From contig JBDREN010000155.1 in the NCBI GenBank assembly GCA_043819795.1, positions 1-55,856 on the forward strand: DNA of 55,856 nt, read 5' to 3'. Under the pieces are notes generated by a model. It saw only the letters and a list, made by a program, of their open reading frames with translations. It was not told the origin of the DNA and made no database searches. This document shows, piece by piece, positions 9,879 through 18,929 of the stretch. The position numbers were made by a program, and so were the translations under genes. The DNA comes from Elusimicrobiota bacterium (GTDB taxonomy: Bacteria; Elusimicrobiota; Elusimicrobia; UBA1565). The stretch's first letter is position 1, and every line of letters begins with the position of its first letter.

Positions 9879-9907
9879 AGTTTAGGCGGTTTTTTCGGAA
9901 AAATCAA
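9879..9907 (-). promoter_or_regulatory. sigma70-type promoter of pilin cassette B
   Basis: Minus strand TTGATT-17 nt-TAAACT, 10 nt before ATG 9868. Confidence 0.6.
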
Positions 9908-10024
9908 GAAATTCCAGGCGTGACTTTCGTGGCCGGGGAAATCCTCGATGTCGTCCGGAATCGCGATAAGCGCTCGCGCGTTTCCCGTCCGGCGAGCGTG
10001 GCCGAGCCCCGCTCGGACACGCGT

Positions 10025-12607
10025 CTAAGAGCACTCCGAGTAGCCGCAGTCGTGGCAGGTCGGTCCCGAGCAGCCCGACTCGTAGGCCACGTTGGCCGAG
10101 TAGCACTTCGGGCAGTGCGTCAGGCGCGTGAACTCGAGCAGGGCGTCTACCGTCTTCTTCTGGTCGGTGTCCTGGGGGTCGATCCAGCCCGTGCGCTTGA
10201 GGTGCTCGCGCAGGGCCACGCCCACCGCGTGCGGGATCGAGTCGATCCGCTTCTTGCCGAAGCCCATCGGGCGGTCGCCCTTGACCGCGTTGAGGTGCTT
10301 GAGGATGCGGATCGGGTCGCCTCCCTCGGCGAGGTACTTCGAGAGCAGGATCCCTATCACCGTGGTGAGCCCCGAGATCTCGGTGCCCAGCGGCGGGATG
10401 TTCGTGAATACCTGGTAGGGCCCGCGCTCGTTGTAGTTGATGTGCAGGTGGAGCGGGCCGTAGCCCGTCTTGATCTGGTAGTACTCCGACTTGACCCCGA
10501 ACGTATCGGACGGCGTCCCGCGCTTCTTCTTGGCGCCCATGGGGGCCGTGGAGGAGAGGTTCAGCACCTGCTGCGTCTTCGATCCGTCGCGGTAGACCGT
10601 GATCCCCTTGCACCCGAGCTCGAAGGCCATCAGATAGGCCCGGCGGACGTCCTCGGTCGTCGCCGAGTTCGGCAGGTTGATGGTCTTGGAGACCCCGTTG
10701 TCCGTGAACTTCTGGAAGGCGGCCTGGATCCTGATGTGGGACTCCGGCGAGACGTCGTGCGACGTCGGGAACAGGCGCTGGATCTTCGGCGGGATCTCCT
10801 GGATGCCGCGCACGCACTTGTGGTTGTCGTTGACCTTCTTCCACAGCTCGTCTTTCGAGAGGCCCCAGAAGCCGTTGTCCTCCGCGATCCGATTGAACAG
10901 CGGGTTCACCTCGAAGAACACGTCCTTGCCGTCCGGGGGCTTGCCGTGCTTGAGCGCGTCGAGCGCCTTCGCGTTGTAGCGCGTGTAGGCGATCGCGAAG
11001 AACGGCTCGATGCCGCTTCCCTGCAGGCCGGCCGCGATGGCGATCGTCCCGGTCGGCGCGATCGTCGTGCGCGCGCAGTTGCGCGGCAGGGACGTCCGGC
11101 CGCGGAAGTGCGGCCCGTCCGGGTCGTAGACGGAGTCCTTCCAGTTCGGGAAGACGCCGCGCTCGCCCGCCAGCGTCTGGGAGGCTCCGAGCGCGGTCTC
11201 GTTGATGAAGCGCATGAGCTTCTCCGCTAACTCGAGCGCCGCGGGCGAGTCGAAGGGGATCCCCATCTTGACCAGCGTCTCGGCCCAGCCCATCACCCCG
11301 AGGCCGACGCGGCGGTTGCCCTTGGCCATGGCCTCGATCTCGGGCAGGGGGTAGTTGTTGATCTCGATGACGTCGTCGAGGAACCGGATCGCGTCCTGGA
11401 TCACGTCCGCGAGGCGGTCGAACTCGAAGGTGCCCTCCGTGAGCGGCCCCTCGACGAAGTTGGCCAGGTTCAGCGATCCGAGGTTGCACGGCTCCCACGG
11501 CAGCAATGGCTGTTCTCCGCAGGGGTTTGTGCTCTCGATCCTGCCGAGGGCCGGGGTCGGGTTGGAGCCCGAGTCGTTGATGCGGTCGATGACCACGTAG
11601 CCGGGGTCTCCCGTCTTCCAGGCGTTGTCGACCATGAGGTCGAAGACCTCGCGCGCAGGCAGCTTGCCGGCCGGCTCCCCGGTGCGCGGGTTGAGCAGGG
11701 CGTACTCCTTGTCCTCCTTGACGGCGCGCATGAAATCCGCGTCGATGGCGACGGAGATGTTGAAGTTCTCCATCACCCCGCCCGAGGATTTCATGACGAC
11801 GAAGTCCTTGATCTCGGGGTGCGAGCAGTGGAGGATGCCCATGTTCGCGCCGCGCCGCGTGCCGCCCTGCTTGACGATGTCGGTCATCTTGTCGAAGATC
11901 TGCATGAACGAAAGCGCCCCGCTGGCGACCCCCCGCGTCTTCTTGACGGGGTCGCCCTTCGGGCGAAGACGGCTGAAAGCGAAGCCCGTGCCCCCGCCGG
12001 ATTTCTGGATCAAAGACTGCGCGGTCACGGCTCTCGTGATCCCTTCCATGGAGTCCGGGATCGGCAGGACGTAGCACGCCGAGAGTTGCTGCAGCTCCCG
12101 GCCGGCGTTCATGAGCGTCGGAGAGTTCGGCAGAAAATCCCAAGACCCCATCAGCTGGCAGAAGCGGCTCTGCCAGTCCGAGGCGAGCCGTCCGGCCTCG
12201 GGGAACCTCCGGACGGCCTTATCGAGGTTCGCGATCAGGCGCGCGAAGTTCTCGTCCCGGTCCCGGGTGTCGGGGATGTTCTCATGGAAGAGCGTCATCG
12301 AGGGCGGCTTGGCCGGGGGCTCGGCCGCCGGCGCGCCTCCCGGGGCGGACCGGGACGGCTCCCCCGCCGGAGCCGCTCCGGCGTGGACGGTCCGGCGCAC
12401 TCCCTCGAACACGCCCCATTTCTCCGCCGAGGGGTGGACCAGGAGCTCCGCCAAAGCGATGTTGTGGGCCACTCCGTCGAGCCAGGCGTCGATGGTGGGC
12501 GCGTCCCTGAGGTATTTGTCCTTGATGACTTTAGCCTGGTTCTCGCTGAGCCGTATCTTGGGAGCCTTCCTGGACGTTTCCTTATGGTGGGTCTTATCCT
12601 GTCTCAC
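10025..12607 (-). CDS. nrdJ: Adenosylcobalamin-dependent (class II) ribonucleoside-diphosphate reductase with C-terminal TSCPD-like domain and Zn ribbon
   Basis: FLPNSPTLMNAG, LSACYV, GGTRRGANM, TNPCGEQPL, TTIAPTGT, VSKTINLP, GCKGITVYRDGS, C-terminal CPKC..C..C..CGYSEC; GTG at 12607 preceded by GGAGGAG. Confidence 0.92.
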   Translation of the reverse strand: MRQDKTHHKETSRKAPKIRLSENQAKVIKDKYLRDAPTIDAWLDGVAHNIALAELLVHPSAEKWGVFEGVRRTVHAGAAPAGEPSRSAPGGAPAAEPPAKPPSMTLFHENIPDTRDRDENFARLIANLDKAVRRFPEAGRLASDWQSRFCQLMGSWDFLPNSPTLMNAGRELQQLSACYVLPIPDSMEGITRAVTAQSLIQKSGGGTGFAFSRLRPKGDPVKKTRGVASGALSFMQIFDKMTDIVKQGGTRRGANMGILHCSHPEIKDFVVMKSSGGVMENFNISVAIDADFMRAVKEDKEYALLNPRTGEPAGKLPAREVFDLMVDNAWKTGDPGYVVIDRINDSGSNPTPALGRIESTNPCGEQPLLPWEPCNLGSLNLANFVEGPLTEGTFEFDRLADVIQDAIRFLDDVIEINNYPLPEIEAMAKGNRRVGLGVMGWAETLVKMGIPFDSPAALELAEKLMRFINETALGASQTLAGERGVFPNWKDSVYDPDGPHFRGRTSLPRNCARTTIAPTGTIAIAAGLQGSGIEPFFAIAYTRYNAKALDALKHGKPPDGKDVFFEVNPLFNRIAEDNGFWGLSKDELWKKVNDNHKCVRGIQEIPPKIQRLFPTSHDVSPESHIRIQAAFQKFTDNGVSKTINLPNSATTEDVRRAYLMAFELGCKGITVYRDGSKTQQVLNLSSTAPMGAKKKRGTPSDTFGVKSEYYQIKTGYGPLHLHINYNERGPYQVFTNIPPLGTEISGLTTVIGILLSKYLAEGGDPIRILKHLNAVKGDRPMGFGKKRIDSIPHAVGVALREHLKRTGWIDPQDTDQKKTVDALLEFTRLTHCPKCYSANVAYESGCSGPTCHDCGYSECS

Positions 12608-12716
12608 TGGCTCGCTCCTCCAGTGCCCCTGGCGGCGCCGGCAAAAAAGCCGCTCGGCAACGCGGCGGCGGGCACATGGATCGTCGTCGGGTAACGCGAA
12701 TGATGGACGCCGGTTA

Positions 12717-12745
12717 AGTGTAACACCAAAGACGTTTTTTGTCAA
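12717..12745 (-). promoter_or_regulatory. sigma70-type promoter of nrdJ
   Basis: Minus strand TTGACA-17 nt-TACACT. Confidence 0.75.
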
Positions 12746-13123
12746 CACTCGCCGTCGAGAAAACGCCCCCTCACGCCCCCATCGCGGGGCCGCCGGCTTC
12801 GGACAGCAAGCTAAAGAGCGCGAAATACATGATAAAAAACGGTAAAACATGGAATCATGTCCGTCGGTGCTCCGGCGGGGATCCTTCGCACTTACGGGAA
12901 TATGTCCGTCCGGGGAGGCGCGGGTCGCGGCGGCAGGACCCCCTGTCTCCGACGAGAAAACACCCGCGCCGGCGCCCGCGGGGGCCGGGAGCGGCGGCCA
13001 CTCAGAACAACAGAACCTTTTTAAATGGCGCTTAATGATAAATAAAGATACTTATGCTGCGGTGTTCGTTGCCGGCCTGCCGGCCGTCTGTCCGGCGCTC
13101 GGAGGAGGCGCTCGGAGGAGCAT

Positions 13124-13152
13124 TTGCATCGCCCCGACGGATTTAATATACT
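13124..13152 (+). promoter_or_regulatory. sigma70-type promoter of rplU operon
   Basis: TTGCAT-17 nt-TATACT, 10 nt before rplU ATG. Confidence 0.7.
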
Positions 13153-13162
13153 TGCTCCACCT

Positions 13163-13489
13163 ATGTACGCGATTATCAAGACGGGCGGCAAGCAATACTG
13201 GGTGGTTCCCGGAGAGACCCTGCAGGTCGGCAAGCTCACGGCCAAGAAGGGCGAGGCCGTGGAGTTCGAGGCTCTTTGGGCCGCCGACGAGGAGAAGTCC
13301 TCCGAGAAGGCGGACGCGAAGGGCGCGGCCGGCGGCGCCGGCGCCAAGGTCAAGGCCGAAGTGGTCCGCCAGACGCGGGGGCCGAGGATCGTCGTGTTCA
13401 AGAAGAAGCCCAAGGCGCATTACCGCCGCAAGGCCGGGCATCGACAGGACCTCACCGAGATCCGCATCGTCGAGATTTCCCTGAACTGA
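13163..13489 (+). CDS. rplU: 50S ribosomal protein L21
   Basis: MYAIIKTGGKQY...FKKKPKAHYRRKAGHRQ. Confidence 0.97.
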   Translation: MYAIIKTGGKQYWVVPGETLQVGKLTAKKGEAVEFEALWAADEEKSSEKADAKGAAGGAGAKVKAEVVRQTRGPRIVVFKKKPKAHYRRKAGHRQDLTEIRIVEISLN

Positions 13490-13504
13490 CCGGAGCGCGT
13501 TCCC

Positions 13505-13765
13505 ATGGCACATACCAAAGCGCAGGGCTCTTCGTCGAACGGACGGGACAGCCAAGGCCAGCGCCTGGGCGTCAAGAACTACGGCGGCCACGTCGTGAAG
13601 GCCGGGATGGTCCTCGTGCGGCAGCGCGGGACCGTGTTCCTTCCCGGGACCAACGTCGGACGCGGCCGGGACCACACTCTGTTCGCGAAGATCAACGGCG
13701 TCGTGGCCTTCGAATGGGCCAAGCAGGGCAAGAAGCGAGTCAGCGTCCATCCCGCTCAGAGTTAG
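13505..13765 (+). CDS. rpmA: 50S ribosomal protein L27
   Basis: [24 protein letters not shown]...RQRGT...GRDHTLFA. Confidence 0.98.
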   Translation: MAHTKAQGSSSNGRDSQGQRLGVKNYGGHVVKAGMVLVRQRGTVFLPGTNVGRGRDHTLFAKINGVVAFEWAKQGKKRVSVHPAQS

Positions 13766-13948
13766 CCCTCACCTTTCCCCACACCCGGCCGCGGACGGCG
13801 TGCGCGGCCGTATCGCGATTTGCCAAGGGGGTGGACCGCTCGCGGGCCGGCGCGCCCGCGGGTCACCCGCGCCCATCCCCGATAAGGCCGGCAATGGGGC
13901 CGGGATACGGGGTTATTCGAGGGGAGGCCGGATCCCGGACGTCGATCT

Positions 13949-15259
13949 ATGAAGTTCGTCGACAAGATCCGCATCTACGCTAAAGCCGGCTGCGGAGGCA
14001 ACGGCTGCCTCTCGTTCCTGCGCGAGAAATTCCGCGAGTTCGGCGGGCCCGACGGCGGAAACGGCGGGAAGGGGGGCGACGTCGTCCTGGAGGCCGATCC
14101 CAACGTCGGGACCCTGCTGGATTTCACCTACCGGCCCCGCCTGATCGCCGCCAACGGGGCGAACGGGAAGGGCGGCAACAAGACCGGATCGTCGGCCGCG
14201 GACATCGTGGTCGCCGTCCCCGTGGGCACCGTCGTCTACAAGGGCGGCCGCGTGGTCGCGGACCTTTCGAGGGCCGGGGAGCGCGCCTCCGTCGCCCGCG
14301 GCGGGCGCGGCGGACGCGGGAACCTTTCCTTTAAGAGCCAGCGCAACACGGCCCCGCGCCTCTATGAGAAGGGCGAGCCGGGCGAAGAGGCGGAGCTCGA
14401 CCTGGAGCTGAAGCTGATCGCCGACGTCGGCCTGGTCGGCTTCCCGAACGCGGGTAAGTCCACGCTGCTGGCGCGGATTTCCAACGCCCGGCCCAAGATC
14501 GCGGACTACCCGTTTACCACTATCTCCCCGCACCTGGGCCTGGTCCGGCACAAGGGCAGGAGCTTCGTGCTGGCGGATATACCGGGCCTCATCGAGGGAG
14601 CTCACGCCGGCAGGGGCCTGGGCCTAGACTTCCTGCGCCATGTGGAGCGCACGCGGGTGCTCGTGCATCTCGTCGACCCCATGGGTTTCGACGGGGCGGC
14701 CCCGGCGGACGGGGTGCGCGTGCTCGAGGCCGAGCTGCGCCGCCACAGCCGCGTCCTGGCGGCTAAGCCGCGGTTGCTGGCCGTGAACAAACTGGACCTC
14801 CCGGAGGCGGAGGCCGCGCTGCGCAGGGTGCGCGCCCGGTATCGCAAGCGCCGCGTCTTCGCCGTATCGGCCGCGACCGGGGAGGGCCTCGCCCGCCTGC
14901 TCGACGCAGCCATCACCGAGCTGGGCAGGCAGACCCGCGAAGCGGCGATGCTCGCCGTCTCCGACGAGGGCCCGTCGGTCCGCGTCGAGAAGGGCTTCCG
15001 GGTCGCGCGCGTCGGCCCGGCGAGCTTCCGCGTCACCGGGCCCTACATCGCGCGCGTCGCGGCGATGGCGGACATGAGCCTCATGGAGTCGGTGTACCGG
15101 CTGCAGTCCACGCTGCGCCGGATCGGCGTCGAGAGGGCGCTGAAGGGCATAGGCATCCGGGAGGGGAACACGGTCTTCGTCGGTCCGCACGAGCTCGAAT
15201 GGTCGAACGCTCCGCTCAAGCCCCCGCCCCAGCTGCCTCCCAGGAGGCGGGTGAAATGA
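13949..15259 (+). CDS. obgE: GTPase Obg/CgtA with C-terminal extension
   Basis: Gly-rich Obg fold GGPDGGNGGKGG; GFPNAGKST, YPFTT, DIPG, NKLD; canonical rplU-rpmA-obg synteny. Confidence 0.97.
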   Translation: MKFVDKIRIYAKAGCGGNGCLSFLREKFREFGGPDGGNGGKGGDVVLEADPNVGTLLDFTYRPRLIAANGANGKGGNKTGSSAADIVVAVPVGTVVYKGGRVVADLSRAGERASVARGGRGGRGNLSFKSQRNTAPRLYEKGEPGEEAELDLELKLIADVGLVGFPNAGKSTLLARISNARPKIADYPFTTISPHLGLVRHKGRSFVLADIPGLIEGAHAGRGLGLDFLRHVERTRVLVHLVDPMGFDGAAPADGVRVLEAELRRHSRVLAAKPRLLAVNKLDLPEAEAALRRVRARYRKRRVFAVSAATGEGLARLLDAAITELGRQTREAAMLAVSDEGPSVRVEKGFRVARVGPASFRVTGPYIARVAAMADMSLMESVYRLQSTLRRIGVERALKGIGIREGNTVFVGPHELEWSNAPLKPPPQLPPRRRVK

Positions 15260-15279
15260 GGACTCGTTCCCGCTGAAAC

Positions 15280-16137
15280 ATGGCTGCCGAGGCCGACGCC
15301 GATAACGGAGCCCCCGAGACCGGATCGAACTTCTACATGGGCTTCCTGCTTCTGCCGAAGCGCAAGCGGGAGGCGCTGCGGGCCGTGTACGGCTTCTGCC
15401 GGCACGTCGACGATATCGTCGATTCGGGCGAGCACAGCCGCGGGGAGGCCGAGCGCCGGCTGGAATTTTGGCGCGCGGAGATCGAAAGGCTCTTTGAAGG
15501 CGGCCCGACGCACGAGGTCTCCCGCCGGGTGCTGCCGTTCCTCGAGGAGTTCCGCCTCCCCAAGGAGGGCTTCCTCGAGCTGGTGCGGGGCGTCGCCATG
15601 GACCTCGAGCGCAGCCGCTACGAGACGTTCGCCGATCTGGAAAAGTACCTTTTCGGGGTCGCCGGGGCCGTCGGGCTTCTCTGCGTGGAGATCTTCGGAT
15701 ACCGCGAGACGCCTCCGTCCGAGATCCGGGAGTACGCGGTGGCGATGGGTAACGCGTTCCAGCTGACGAACATCATGCGGGACGTCGGGGCCGACCTGGA
15801 AAGAGGAAGGATCTACCTGCCTCTGCGGGACATGAGGGAGGCCGGATATTCGGCGGAGGCGTTCGTCCGCCGGGAGCACACGCCGGCCTTCCGCGCGCTC
15901 ATGAACCTGGAGTACAAGCGCGCGAAGTCCTTCTATCGCAAGGCCCGCAACTTGCTCCGTCCGGCCGACCGTCCCGCGATGCTGTCGGCCGAGGTCATGG
16001 CGCACATCTATGAAGCCCTTCTCGAGGAGATGAAGCGGCAGGATTACCGGGTCTTCTTCCGGAGGGTCCGCCTGCCCTTGTGGCGGAAAGTGGCGCTCGC
16101 GGCCAAGGCCTGGGCGGCCACTCGCGGCATCTATTGA
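15280..16137 (+). CDS. Phytoene/squalene synthase family protein (HpnD-like)
   Basis: SNFY, YGFCRHVDDIVD, VAGAVGL, FQLTNIMRDVGAD, GRIYLP. Confidence 0.9.
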   Translation: MAAEADADNGAPETGSNFYMGFLLLPKRKREALRAVYGFCRHVDDIVDSGEHSRGEAERRLEFWRAEIERLFEGGPTHEVSRRVLPFLEEFRLPKEGFLELVRGVAMDLERSRYETFADLEKYLFGVAGAVGLLCVEIFGYRETPPSEIREYAVAMGNAFQLTNIMRDVGADLERGRIYLPLRDMREAGYSAEAFVRREHTPAFRALMNLEYKRAKSFYRKARNLLRPADRPAMLSAEVMAHIYEALLEEMKRQDYRVFFRRVRLPLWRKVALAAKAWAATRGIY

Positions 16138-16176
16138 CGGGAAGGGCGGGGCGGCTCGCTCCAAGGGGACACGAGA

Positions 16177-16746
16177 ATGATCAAGCCTGACACCTGGATC
16201 AAGAGGCGGTGCCTGGAGGACCGGATGATCGAGCCGTTCGTCGAGAGGCTGGAGGCCGACGGCAAGATATCGTACGGGCTCTCCTCGTACGGGTACGACA
16301 TCCGCGTCGCCGACGAATACAAGATCTTCACGAACGCGCTAGCCGGGGTGGTGGATCCCAAGGACTTCGACCGAAGGTCCTTCCTGGACCACAAGGGGCC
16401 GGCCTGCGTCGTCCCCCCGAACTCCTTCGCGCTCGCCCGCTCCGTGGAGTATTTCCGCATCCCCCGCGACGTGCTGGCCCTGTGCGTCGGCAAGAGCACG
16501 TACGCACGTTGCGGGATCATCGTCAACGTGACGCCGCTCGAGCCCGGCTGGGAGGGGACCCTCACGCTCGAGATCAGCAACACGACGCCGCTGCCGGCCA
16601 AGATCTACTCGAACGAGGGGATAGCCCAGCTGGTGTTCTTCCAGAGCGACGAGGTCTGCCAAGTCAGCTATGCCGACCGAAAAGGAAAGTATCAGAACCA
16701 GACGGGAGTCGTCCTGCCGCGTATCTTCCAGCGCGCGGGGAAATAG
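16177..16746 (+). CDS. dcd: dCTP deaminase
   Basis: [44 protein letters not shown]. Confidence 0.96.
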   Translation: MIKPDTWIKRRCLEDRMIEPFVERLEADGKISYGLSSYGYDIRVADEYKIFTNALAGVVDPKDFDRRSFLDHKGPACVVPPNSFALARSVEYFRIPRDVLALCVGKSTYARCGIIVNVTPLEPGWEGTLTLEISNTTPLPAKIYSNEGIAQLVFFQSDEVCQVSYADRKGKYQNQTGVVLPRIFQRAGK

Positions 16747-17725
16747 AGCGGAGCGGCTCCGAGCCGGGCTTCTCGCGTGGGGGGCGCTCTGTGTCGCGCT
16801 CGCCGGCGCTTTGCCTGCCGTCGACGCCGCACCTGCCGCCGACGCCTTTCCGGAGGGCGGCCGGCACGGCGCCCCTGCCGGGGTCGACGCCGCACCCGCA
16901 GTATCAACGGGCGGACCCGCCGGACGGCGACGGACTCCCGGCGTGTCGCCCCGCCAGGCGCTCTTGACGGAGATGCGCGGCAGGCGGATCGTTCCCCCGG
17001 ACGCCGCCGACTGGACGCCGGATGAGTACACGCTGCTGCTGCGCCTGCGCGAGGCCCAGTCCATGGGGGCGTTCCGCCTTCTGCGCTCGAAGCTCGGGAC
17101 CTTGCGGGGGTACGCGGCCCAGGTCGAGGTCGGGGCGGGCCTCAAGGAGCCCATGCTCACAAAGCGGGGATACCGCACGTTCCTCTTCCTCCTCGCCCAG
17201 CAGGCCCGCGGCTATTTCGAGGGCAAAGGCGCGGAGGCGAGGTTCGTCTTCGAGCTCCAGAGCCTCGGAGGAAAGCCTCTCTTCGACGGCGAAGGCGGGC
17301 TGACGCAGGAGGGCGTCGAAATCTACAACCGGGTGCGCCGCGAGCTGCCCGCGTTCTGGCGCTATCCGGACGGGACCGTCACGGGCAGCGTGCGGCCGCC
17401 GCGCCGCCTGAGGAAGGGGGGCGAGGAGCCGCCCGCCGGCGCGGGGGAGGCGCCCAGGCCGTCCGCCGAGGACGCCCGGGCCCTCGGGAAGATCACGGCG
17501 CTGATGCGGTCGGGGTATGTGGAGATATCCGAAAGCGAGAAGGGCATGCTGCTTGAGGCCGCGAAGATGGACGACGAGCAGCTCGAGAGGGAGACCTCGC
17601 TCGTCGTCATCCGGACGGAATCGAAGGTGTTCTACCTGATCTCGCCCTCCGACCCACTCATGGACATCGTCGCCCGGCACCGCTCCGGGGAGGGAGAGCC
17701 CCCGCCCCCCGACAAGGCTCCCTGA
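16670..17725 (+). CDS. Hypothetical exported protein carrying the 63-bp repeat in-frame
   Basis: Hydrophobic segment [17 protein letters not shown] followed by repeat peptide and a globular-looking region; start uncertain (the in-frame ATG upstream of the hydrophobic segment overlaps the dcd 3' end). Confidence 0.6.
   Translation: MPTEKESIRTRRESSCRVSSSARGNRAERLRAGLLAWGALCVALAGALPAVDAAPAADAFPEGGRHGAPAGVDAAPAVSTGGPAGRRRTPGVSPRQALLTEMRGRRIVPPDAADWTPDEYTLLLRLREAQSMGAFRLLRSKLGTLRGYAAQVEVGAGLKEPMLTKRGYRTFLFLLAQQARGYFEGKGAEARFVFELQSLGGKPLFDGEGGLTQEGVEIYNRVRRELPAFWRYPDGTVTGSVRPPRRLRKGGEEPPAGAGEAPRPSAEDARALGKITALMRSGYVEISESEKGMLLEAAKMDDEQLERETSLVVIRTESKVFYLISPSDPLMDIVARHRSGEGEPPPPDKAP
16814..16897 (+). 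repeat. 63-bp intragenic palindromic repeat, copy 1 (read [28 protein letters not shown])
   Basis: GTCGACGCCGCACCTGCCGCCGACGCCTTTCCGGAGGGCGGCCGGCACGGCGCCCCTGCCGGGGTCGACGCCGCACC. Confidence 0.9.
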
Positions 17726-17748
17726 GGGGGGGGCGCCCGAAAGGGTGT

Positions 17749-17777
17749 TTGCGCGTCGGGAAGGCATTTGATATACT
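17749..17777 (+). promoter_or_regulatory. sigma70-type promoter (extended -10) of rplM-rpsI
   Basis: TTGCGC-17 nt-TATACT with TGn extension, 9 nt before ATG. Confidence 0.7.
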
Positions 17778-17786
17778 GAGAGCGTT

Positions 17787-18230
17787 ATGTCGCAGAAAAC
17801 GACCCATATCAGCACCGAATACGCCCAGCAGCGCAGGCGCTGGGTGCTTATCGACGCCGATGGCGCCGTCCTCGGCCGCCTCGCGTCGAAGGCCGCGACT
17901 TTGCTTCGCGGCAAGAACAAGCCGTATTTCACGCCGTCGGTGGACTGCGGGGACTTTGTCGTCGTCACCAACGCCGGTCGCGTCAAGGTGACCGGCAGCA
18001 AAGAGGCGTCGAAGACCTACTTCCGCCACTCCGGCTTCGCCGGAGGCGCGAAGCTGGTCACCTTTAAGCTGCAGATGCAGAAGGATCCCACGAAGGTCGT
18101 CCTTCTGGCCGTCAAGCGCATGCTGCCGGCGACGCGTCTTCGACAGCACCAGCTTCGCCGGCTGAAGGTCTACGCGGGCGACAGCCACCCGCACACGGCG
18201 CAGAAGGTGGAGGCCATCAGTGTCCGATAG
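17787..18230 (+). CDS. rplM: 50S ribosomal protein L13
   Basis: WVLIDADGAVLGRLAS, LRGKNKP.FTP.VDCGDFVVV, YFRHSG. Confidence 0.98.
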   Translation: MSQKTTHISTEYAQQRRRWVLIDADGAVLGRLASKAATLLRGKNKPYFTPSVDCGDFVVVTNAGRVKVTGSKEASKTYFRHSGFAGGAKLVTFKLQMQKDPTKVVLLAVKRMLPATRLRQHQLRRLKVYAGDSHPHTAQKVEAISVR

Positions 18231-18624
18231 CACCAATATCCTCTGGGCCACGGGCCGGCGCAAGACCTCCGTGGCGCAGGTACGCCTGATCCCCAACGGG
18301 GACGGCAAGATCGTCGTCAACGCCAAGCCGCTCGACGAGTTTTTCCGCGGGCACGCTCGGCAGATCAGCAGCGCGAAGTCGCCCCTCTCCAAAGTCGAAC
18401 AGGGAAAGGGCTACGACGTCACCGTCAAGGTCACGGGCGGCGGCGTCACCGGGCAGGCCGAGGCTATCCGTCACGGCATCGCGCGGGCGCTCGCCAAGAT
18501 CGACGACACGGTCAAGAAGGTCATGCGCAAGGCGGGGCTGCTGTCCCGCGACGCGCGCATGGTCGAGCGCAAGAAGCCCGGTCAGCCCAAGGCCCGCAAG
18601 CGCTTCCAGTACTCCAAGCGTTAA
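18220..18624 (+). CDS. rpsI: 30S ribosomal protein S9
   Basis: ATGRRKTSVA, GGGVTGQAEAIRHG, KARKRFQYSKR. Confidence 0.98.
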   Translation: MSDSTNILWATGRRKTSVAQVRLIPNGDGKIVVNAKPLDEFFRGHARQISSAKSPLSKVEQGKGYDVTVKVTGGGVTGQAEAIRHGIARALAKIDDTVKKVMRKAGLLSRDARMVERKKPGQPKARKRFQYSKR

Positions 18625-18625
18625 T

Positions 18626-18907
18626 TTGCCGACGCGAAAGGTCAAGGTCCGGGGACTGGCGGTCATCTCCGCCGGTATCTTCGGCGTTTGGGGCGCTCCG
18701 GTCGCCGTGAAGGGCGTCTATGACCTTTTGTGGGGCCAGCCGGAAGCCAACCTCTACGCCCCGGCTCCGTGGGAGTTCGTCACGCGCGAGCAGTGGCTCC
18801 GGTACGGGGGCTTCGAGCTCACCTACGGGTTGTGCTGCCTCGCGCTGGCGTGGTTCCTGCTCCGGTACTCCCGCTTCCTCCCCGAGGCGGTCTCGCGCGA
18901 GATCTGA
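18626..18907 (+). CDS. Small membrane protein (2 predicted TM helices)
   Basis: TTG start right after rpsI stop; two hydrophobic segments. Confidence 0.6.
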   Translation: MPTRKVKVRGLAVISAGIFGVWGAPVAVKGVYDLLWGQPEANLYAPAPWEFVTREQWLRYGGFELTYGLCCLALAWFLLRYSRFLPEAVSREI

Positions 18908-18929
18908 GAGGGCCCGCTTCCCAGGGTTT

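Noticed and set aside
8249..11230. Long alternative-frame and antisense ORFs (e.g. 590..1993, 2487..4691, 4926..6692, 8249..11230, 9882..12143, 30594..32774, 51919..53886)
   Set aside because: Shadows of well-supported genes, expected from high GC3; no recognisable motifs
12608..12850. N-terminal extension of NrdJ to 941 aa, or an intein
   Set aside because: Promoter and SD place the start at 12607; catalytic motifs are contiguous with no intein signatures
12849..13120. Small gene or ncRNA in the nrdJ-rplU divergent intergenic region
   Set aside because: Only low-complexity ORFs and an AT-rich patch; no recognisable RNA family
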